This document shows, one piece after another, positions 58,521-64,000 of a stretch of 64,000 nucleotides of DNA (position 1 is its first letter; every line of letters starts with the position of its first letter). The stretch spans positions 41,023-105,022 of IMG/VR virus record IMGVR_UViG_3300020392_000008, one strand, 5' to 3'. Made by a program: the position numbers and the translations under genes. The notes beneath the pieces were generated by a model that saw nothing but the letters and a program-made list of their open reading frames with translations, made no database searches and was not told the origin of the DNA. The stretch comes from a virus.

Positions 58521-60182
58521 TTATTTATCTAAAGATATTTCTAGTTTAGTCCCTTTTCTACTTTTTAAAAGATTTAATTTCCATCCATGCTCTTTTATTA
58601 TCGCTATACATATGTTTAAACCGAGCCCGCTTCCAGATTCTTTATTATTGTGCTTTCGGGTATATGGCTTTGAATATTCTTCAAATTCTGTTTTACTCAT
58701 TCCTCTACCGTTATCTTCTACTACAATATTTCCTTTTTTTCTGTATATTTTAACTAATTTAGTATTGCTATCGTTATATTTTAAACCGTTTCTTATCAAA
58801 TTATCAATTGCTGTACAGAATAAAGACCCATTAACTATTTCTTCTCCTAATTCCGATAAAGATACGCTACTAGAATAGGCTGTGTTTTTTAAATAACTTT
58901 TTAATATACTGGTTAAATCTAGTTTTTGCACTTCCATTGTAGATTCCTTTTTAACTAAATTTGTAAATTCTTTAACTCCATTATATACTTTTTGAGAATG
59001 TGTAAGCCCTCCTTTTAATAATTTCATAGGCCCTTCAAACATTTTATTCAAGTCTTCTATATCTATATTATTTTCTTCAGAAAATTTAACAAGCCTTCTT
59101 TCGAATGAAGATATTCCTCTGGGAATATATGTATTTATTCCACTATGCATATCGTGTCTTAATATTTTAGAAGCATGTTCTAGATACGAATTTTTTCTTT
59201 CAAGTTCTATTTTTTGATTTATAGAATCACTTATATCGTTGGCTATTTTAAGTACTTTTACAACTTTACCTTTTGAATTTACTATAGGATTATATGTTCC
59301 GGCTATCCAAAAATGAGAACCATCTTTTTTTATTCTCATATATTCTCCATATTTAGAATTTCCATTTTTTATATCTTCCCAAAACGATTGATATTTTTCG
59401 TTTTCTTTCCATTGATCATCTTCCATAAATATTGTATGATGTTTACCCTGTATTTCATGAAGGGTTGGATACCCAGTCATTTCTAAAAACTTATTATTTG
59501 CGTTTATTACAAATCCATTTGTACAAAATTCAACAGTTGCGCTAGATTGATTTATGGCTAACATAATACCTGTCATTTCCTCTTCCTTGTTTTTAAGTTT
59601 TTCTAAAGAATCATATAGATCTGTTAAATCATGCCTAACTGACATAAAACCAATATGATTATTTTTTTCATCAAATTCAGCCATTATCCATGAATCAACT
59701 GTGTAATGCTTACCGTTTTTTTTACGATTTATAATTATTTCATTCCATATGGCTTTATGTTTCACGGTTGATGTGTACATTTTATTCCAAAAATTTAAAT
59801 CATGCTTTTTAGAACTTAACATAGAGTGATTTTTACCTAGTAACTCATGAGGCTTATATCCTGACGAATCGCAAAATATTTTATTTACATGTGTTATAAC
59901 ACCGTTTTTATCTGTTTTAGAAATTAAAGATGATTCGTTTAATATATTTTCAATAGTATTTCTTTTAATAGTTTCTATTCTTTGTCTCTTAATTATATCT
60001 TTAATTATTATCAACAATAAAGGCATTGATGATAATATACATACAAAACCTATTGATGAAACAGCATGGGTAGGTTTTATTAAGTCAAAAGCTAATAAAG
60101 TTTGAAGTATTGAAAATAATATCATTACTGTTATTAATAAAGTAATACTTACTTTAGATCTAAGTGTTAGGTTTTTAAACAT
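58521..60182 (-). CDS. Membrane sensor histidine kinase with two PAS domains
   Basis: Two TM segments; two PAS domains; H-box LRHDM, N-box DNLIRNGLKY, G1 EDNGRG, G2 GSGLGL. Confidence 0.9.
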   Translation of the reverse strand: MFKNLTLRSKVSITLLITVMILFSILQTLLAFDLIKPTHAVSSIGFVCILSSMPLLLIIIKDIIKRQRIETIKRNTIENILNESSLISKTDKNGVITHVNKIFCDSSGYKPHELLGKNHSMLSSKKHDLNFWNKMYTSTVKHKAIWNEIIINRKKNGKHYTVDSWIMAEFDEKNNHIGFMSVRHDLTDLYDSLEKLKNKEEEMTGIMLAINQSSATVEFCTNGFVINANNKFLEMTGYPTLHEIQGKHHTIFMEDDQWKENEKYQSFWEDIKNGNSKYGEYMRIKKDGSHFWIAGTYNPIVNSKGKVVKVLKIANDISDSINQKIELERKNSYLEHASKILRHDMHSGINTYIPRGISSFERRLVKFSEENNIDIEDLNKMFEGPMKLLKGGLTHSQKVYNGVKEFTNLVKKESTMEVQKLDLTSILKSYLKNTAYSSSVSLSELGEEIVNGSLFCTAIDNLIRNGLKYNDSNTKLVKIYRKKGNIVVEDNGRGMSKTEFEEYSKPYTRKHNNKESGSGLGLNICIAIIKEHGWKLNLLKSRKGTKLEISLDK

Positions 60183-60217
60183 TTTTTATAAAAATCTTAT
60201 TTTAATTATTTATATTA

Positions 60218-60244
60218 AAACCTATATTTTATATTTCGTATAAT
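60218..60244 (+). promoter_or_regulatory. AAAC-N16-GTATAAT promoter
   Basis: Upstream of the epimerase gene. Confidence 0.65.
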
Positions 60245-60265
60245 ATCTAAAATATCCATGAATAA

Positions 60266-61183
60266 ATGAAAAATGTATTAGTAACAGGAGGCGCTGGTTT
60301 TATAGGTTCAAATTTAGTTAAGCACCTACTTAAGGAATATAAAGAAGTTGAAAAGATTGTTGTTTTGGACAATATGTTTACGGGCAAAGAAGAAAATAAG
60401 GTTGACCACAAAAAGGTCATATATATTGAATCTCCAACATGGGACATCGATAAATTTTTCTCAGATAAAGAAGGTCTTTTTGATACTGTTTTTCACTTTG
60501 GCGAATACTCAAGAATTGTTAAGTCTTTTAATGATAGCAAATATGTTATGAAAACCAATCTACATGGAACAACCTGCGTATTAGAAAAATGTAGAAAATG
60601 GAAATCTAAATTAATTTATTCCGCAAGTTCATCAAAATTTGGAAACGATGGAAAAGATGAAAACTTAAGTCCATATTCTTGGGTTAAGTCAAAAATTGTC
60701 GAACTAATTAAAAACTATAATGATTGGTATAATCTACAATATGAAGTCTGTTACTTTTTTAATGTATATGGTCCAGGGCAAATATCAACGGGTGATTACG
60801 CAACTGTTATTGGCATATTTGAAAATCAATACTTAAATGGAGAAAAAATGACTGTCGTAAGCCCGGGCACACAAACTAGAGACTTTACGCACGTATATGA
60901 TGTGGTTAGAGGCGTAGGTAAAGCCGCAAATATAGGAATGAATAAAGAGTGGCACCTAAGATCTGGAAAGAACGTGTCTATTATAAACGTAGCTGATATG
61001 TATAGTAGAGGAGATTGGCAATTAATACCTGAACGCAGGGGTGAAAGGTTTACATCTGAGGAGTTTCCATCTGATACTAATAAAGTACTTCAATGGGAAC
61101 CTCAAGAGTCATTAGAAGAGTGGATAGAATCAATACGCAAGTGTAAAAACTCAAAGGCTAAACCTGAGAAAATGATTAACTAA
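60266..61183 (+). CDS. NAD-dependent nucleotide-sugar epimerase/dehydratase
   Basis: VTGGAGFIGS, SASSS, YSWVK (YxxxK), FNVYGP, RDFTHV. Confidence 0.9.
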   Translation: MKNVLVTGGAGFIGSNLVKHLLKEYKEVEKIVVLDNMFTGKEENKVDHKKVIYIESPTWDIDKFFSDKEGLFDTVFHFGEYSRIVKSFNDSKYVMKTNLHGTTCVLEKCRKWKSKLIYSASSSKFGNDGKDENLSPYSWVKSKIVELIKNYNDWYNLQYEVCYFFNVYGPGQISTGDYATVIGIFENQYLNGEKMTVVSPGTQTRDFTHVYDVVRGVGKAANIGMNKEWHLRSGKNVSIINVADMYSRGDWQLIPERRGERFTSEEFPSDTNKVLQWEPQESLEEWIESIRKCKNSKAKPEKMIN

Positions 61184-61480
61184 ATGAAATTTTGGAAAGT
61201 TTACATATTATGTTGTTCTGATGGTACTTATTATACAGGCATAACAACAGACATACAAAGAAGATTGAATGAACATAACACCGGTAATGGTGCAAAATAC
61301 ACTAAAAATAGAACCCCAGTTTTATTAGAAGAATTTAAATCTTTTAATAGTAGATCAGAGGCCACTAAAGAAGAAATTAGAATAAAAAAATTAACTCGAG
61401 CCAAAAAAGAAAAACTTATAGGTGAATGGAGGGTCTCTAGATTAAAAAAAGAATATTTGATAAATAAGGAAGATATCTAG
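61184..61480 (+). CDS. GIY-YIG nuclease (UPF0213-like)
   Basis: VYIL...YYTGIT...RL.EHN.G.GAKYT...E..IKK. Confidence 0.85.
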   Translation: MKFWKVYILCCSDGTYYTGITTDIQRRLNEHNTGNGAKYTKNRTPVLLEEFKSFNSRSEATKEEIRIKKLTRAKKEKLIGEWRVSRLKKEYLINKEDI

Positions 61481-61542
61481 TTATTTTTTTCAAAAATGTT
61501 TAGTATAATATAATCGACAACAAAAAGCTAAACAGATTTATT

Positions 61543-61989
61543 ATGAAATCTCTACATGAAAAAATATTAAAAAACGAATATAACTCTTTTGAAAATAAAA
61601 GATTTAGAACAATTGCACAAGGTCGTAATATTATAGAAAAAACTACTGAATATACGTCTAACATGAGAGATAAAGAAAAAACCTATATGGGAAGAGGTTC
61701 TAAAGCAGGTTTTATAGATAAAAACGAAATATACAATCAATTCATAGATTTAGCTAAAGACGATGGTAAATGGAGCAATGTATTTATAGACGATAAATTT
61801 ATAGAAACATGGAAAGATATTTCAAAAAAAGAAGAAATATCAAAGTGGAAAGAAGGTAAAAAAGGTTTAATAATTAGACTATTTGTTAAAACACCAGAAG
61901 CCCCTTATTATTTAGGGTATGGAATATATTACTATGTAGGAACCTCAGCTAATGGTGTTCTATGGAAAAAAATGAATTATTTTGCTTAA
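61543..61989 (+). CDS. Hypothetical protein
   Basis: 148-aa ORF with TAGTATAAT upstream. Confidence 0.7.
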   Translation: MKSLHEKILKNEYNSFENKRFRTIAQGRNIIEKTTEYTSNMRDKEKTYMGRGSKAGFIDKNEIYNQFIDLAKDDGKWSNVFIDDKFIETWKDISKKEEISKWKEGKKGLIIRLFVKTPEAPYYLGYGIYYYVGTSANGVLWKKMNYFA

Positions 61990-62161
61990 AAACTCACCTA
62001 CTCAAAAAGAATATGATCATGTTACTTTAATTTTAAAAGAAGCAAATAAACATGGTTTAGAAATAGAAGTAAAAGAAATGGCAGAAAAAATAATTAAAGA
62101 TAACCCAGATATAGACATAGTTTCTGCATATCAGAATGCATTTAATAATTGGATAAAATAA
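61982..62161 (+). CDS. Small hypothetical protein (TTG start, 59 aa)
   Basis: Manual translation fills the gap: ...LILKEANKHGLEIEVKEMA...AFNNWIK*. Confidence 0.55.
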   Translation: MLKNSPTQKEYDHVTLILKEANKHGLEIEVKEMAEKIIKDNPDIDIVSAYQNAFNNWIK

Positions 62162-62167
62162 AGTAAA

Positions 62168-62437
62168 ATGAATAAAACTAAAGAAGTACCAAGCTGGTTT
62201 ACGGGAGAAATATACCAAAAGGGAAAAGTTGTAAAAAATCCATATAGCGGTAGAACAATGGAGTTAGATGCGTTAGAGCTTAGTATATATGATTACATAA
62301 TAGGTTTAAATAGTATTATACAAAGTATGGGAGGAGTAATGGACCCTAGAACCGGAAGATTTCAAGTTGAAATGGCAAAGGGTTTATCCTGGTTTAGAAA
62401 CAACAATGCAGAAGCCTACATGGTGTTACTTGATTAA
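62168..62437 (+). CDS. Hypothetical protein
   Basis: VKNPYSG...ELSIYDYI.G...WFR..N.EAYMVLLD. Confidence 0.75.
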   Translation: MNKTKEVPSWFTGEIYQKGKVVKNPYSGRTMELDALELSIYDYIIGLNSIIQSMGGVMDPRTGRFQVEMAKGLSWFRNNNAEAYMVLLD

Positions 62438-62438
62438 T

Positions 62439-62645
62439 ATGAGTTTAAAGGATCAGTTTAAATATGTAAATAAAATAGTTATCACTTGTAAAACCAAGCA
62501 GCAAAAAGATAATGCGTATAAATGGGCTTGGGAGTGGTCTAAAAGAGCAAAATTTAATTACCCCGATATTATACACAGTCATACTGATTTATTCTTAGAC
62601 GTAATTAGAAAATGGAATTTCTTAAATAAAAAATTAGAAAAATGA
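62439..62645 (+). CDS. Hypothetical protein
   Basis: Start placed at MSLKDQ, right after the upstream stop. Confidence 0.6.
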   Translation: MSLKDQFKYVNKIVITCKTKQQKDNAYKWAWEWSKRAKFNYPDIIHSHTDLFLDVIRKWNFLNKKLEK

Positions 62646-62902
62646 ATAGAAAAATATTTGAGGAAAATATAGAATTTTTTACCAAAGAATTTTACAAAGG
62701 AAATTATACTCTAAATGAATTAAGACATCGGTTAATCCAATTTCGAGATGCTAACTTATATGGAACAAAATATATGAAGGATTATGGCCGTTTAAGAGCT
62801 GAAAACACAGCCTTTTTTTATGACGATTTCGTAAATAAAACAGTAGAAAAAATTTTATTAAATAAAAAATATGAAAGCAAAAGCATACAAACAAAAACCT
62901 AA
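62642..62902 (+). CDS. Hypothetical protein
   Basis: ATGA overlap with the previous gene. Confidence 0.6.
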   Translation: MNRKIFEENIEFFTKEFYKGNYTLNELRHRLIQFRDANLYGTKYMKDYGRLRAENTAFFYDDFVNKTVEKILLNKKYESKSIQTKT

Positions 62903-63044
62903 AAGAAAATTTGACTTATCTCATAGGGGTTACGAAATTATCAAAGAGGATAATCAGTATGTAGCAATGATAGGTCCTCTTAAATTAAGAGCAATGGAAA
63001 TTGAAGATTTAAAAAAACAGATTGATAAAATTAGAGACTTTTAA
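62871..63044 (+). CDS. Small hypothetical protein (57 aa)
   Basis: Manual translation: MKAKAYKQ...HRGYEII...LKKQIDKIRDF*. Confidence 0.55.
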   Translation: MKAKAYKQKPKRKFDLSHRGYEIIKEDNQYVAMIGPLKLRAMEIEDLKKQIDKIRDF

Positions 63045-63054
63045 AAAAAACAAT

Positions 63055-63537
63055 ATGAATTTCGAAAGATTAAAACGATATATTACATCAAAATATAGTA
63101 AACAACAGGGTATGGTTTCTCCTCAAATAAAACCATATAAAGCAGGAACTGCTAATATTGAAGCCAAGCTAATGGAAAAAATATGGCTTTGCGGCGCAAT
63201 GTACTTAAGAGTATTTGGAACGGCTGAAAATCTGTTGACCGGTAAAACATATAGTCATTTAATAGATAACCCGGACCCAGGATTAGCTAATATAGATTCA
63301 ACAGATTGGACCCAGGAGGATTGGGCCAGCTATACTAAGAATTGGAATTATTATATAAGTAATATAATTGAGTTAGAAAAAGAGTGTGAAACCATGTCAA
63401 AGCTATTAGAAAAAACCGTAAATGCTAAACGTTTAGAGAGTGCTGATGAGGTAGAAGACGACAATTCGCACGCTGAAATATTAGGCCGCTGGCATTTTGA
63501 CAGAAAAGCTAAACAGAGAAAAAGCAATAGGAGATGA
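63055..63537 (+). CDS. Hypothetical protein
   Basis: Start placed at MNFERL (the ORF track starts at TTG 63022). Confidence 0.65.
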   Translation: MNFERLKRYITSKYSKQQGMVSPQIKPYKAGTANIEAKLMEKIWLCGAMYLRVFGTAENLLTGKTYSHLIDNPDPGLANIDSTDWTQEDWASYTKNWNYYISNIIELEKECETMSKLLEKTVNAKRLESADEVEDDNSHAEILGRWHFDRKAKQRKSNRR

Positions 63538-63710
63538 TTAAAACTAAACTAATCAAGCAGTATGCTGATGATATTTCTTTTAGACTATTAGCTACTAATA
63601 AAACCATAGATCAACCATGGTTAGAGGAAAAATTAGAACAACTATGTTTAGATATGTCTAAGATAGATAAAAACTCAAAAAAACTAAAAAAAAATGAGCA
63701 AAAAGTCTAA
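63534..63710 (+). CDS. Small hypothetical protein (58 aa)
   Basis: ATGA overlap; manual translation. Confidence 0.5.
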   Translation: MIKTKLIKQYADDISFRLLATNKTIDQPWLEEKLEQLCLDMSKIDKNSKKLKKNEQKV

Positions 63711-63914
63711 AAAACCCCAGAGTAACCAACAATTAATGGATGATATACTTAAAGATTTAAGTGAGATAAATTCATACCTGGATAAATTACTTGAAAAACA
63801 AAATAAATGAAACAAGGCTTATTTGAAACTAGGTCAAGGAGTATTCTTCGTAAATGTGTTTTTCGCTTAAACATATGGAAGTGGCAATTCAGAATTTATA
63901 AAAAAGCCAAATAG

Positions 63915-63998
63915 GCTCGAGTGGTGGAATAGGTAGACACGCAAGACTTAAAATCTTGTTCCCATTTGGGAGTGCGGGTTCGATTCCCGCCTCGAGTA
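63915..63998 (+). tRNA. tRNA-Leu (anticodon UAA), CCA not encoded
   Basis: Acceptor stem GCTCGAG/CTCGAGT, D-loop GGAATAGGTAGAC, anticodon arm CAAGA-CTTAAAA-TCTTG, long variable arm, GGTTCGATTCC, discriminator A followed by CA. Confidence 0.95.
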
Positions 63999-64000
63999 CA

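Noticed and set aside
52563-61183. Host chromosomal segment or chimeric assembly (ugd, two-component system, epimerase)
   Set aside because: The region has the same composition, promoter motifs and tagged genes as the phage structural region.
61184-61480. GIY-YIG ORF as an intron-encoded homing endonuclease
   Set aside because: It is a short stand-alone UPF0213-type protein with no DNA-binding tail, and the flanking genes are uninterrupted.
1-64000. Stop-codon reassignment, as seen in some jumbo phages
   Set aside because: Conserved genes (terL, cca, ugd, agt) are full length in the standard code, coding density is high, and TAG and TGA act as genuine stops.
1-64000. CRISPR array, integrase/transposase, rRNA
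   Set aside because: No regularly spaced repeats or recognisable motifs were seen by eye.

Overview
This AT-rich, gene-dense window comes from a large T4-like (myovirus-type) jumbo phage using the standard genetic code. The host is probably in Bacteroidota: the window has a Bacteroidota-type bS21, DUF3127- and DUF4494-like genes, and A-rich leaders without Shine-Dalgarno (SD) sites. The first ~35 kb is mostly morphogenesis: tail fibres, gp14-, gp15-, gp3-, gp6-, gp26- and gp51-like genes, and the small and large terminase. It also holds a CCA-adding enzyme and an ECF sigma factor. The rest is accessory: DNA alpha-glucosyltransferase, nucleotide-sugar enzymes, HD and NUDIX hydrolases, a CHAP-PGBD-GH19 lysin, an adenylyl cyclase, a PAS histidine kinase with a receiver partner, Hsp20, bS21 and tRNA-Leu(UAA). 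Main observations: (1) About 19 unrelated proteins share a short tag resembling the T4 capsid-targeting sequence, at either the N- or the C-terminus and next to Glu cleavage-like sites. This suggests a virion-packaged cargo that includes tRNA-repair, cAMP, NUDIX and lysin enzymes. (2) A 90-codon frame with no start codon near its 5' end opens exactly at an A9 slippery site, a candidate -1 frameshift. (3) An unannotated bS21 gene carries its own SD. (4) Three promoter classes are visible: late (G/T)ATAAATA, AAAC-N16/17-GTATAAT (a candidate ECF regulon) and a sigma54 promoter at hsp20. (5) One membrane protein carries annexin-like repeats. All family calls come from motif recognition by eye, not from database searches.
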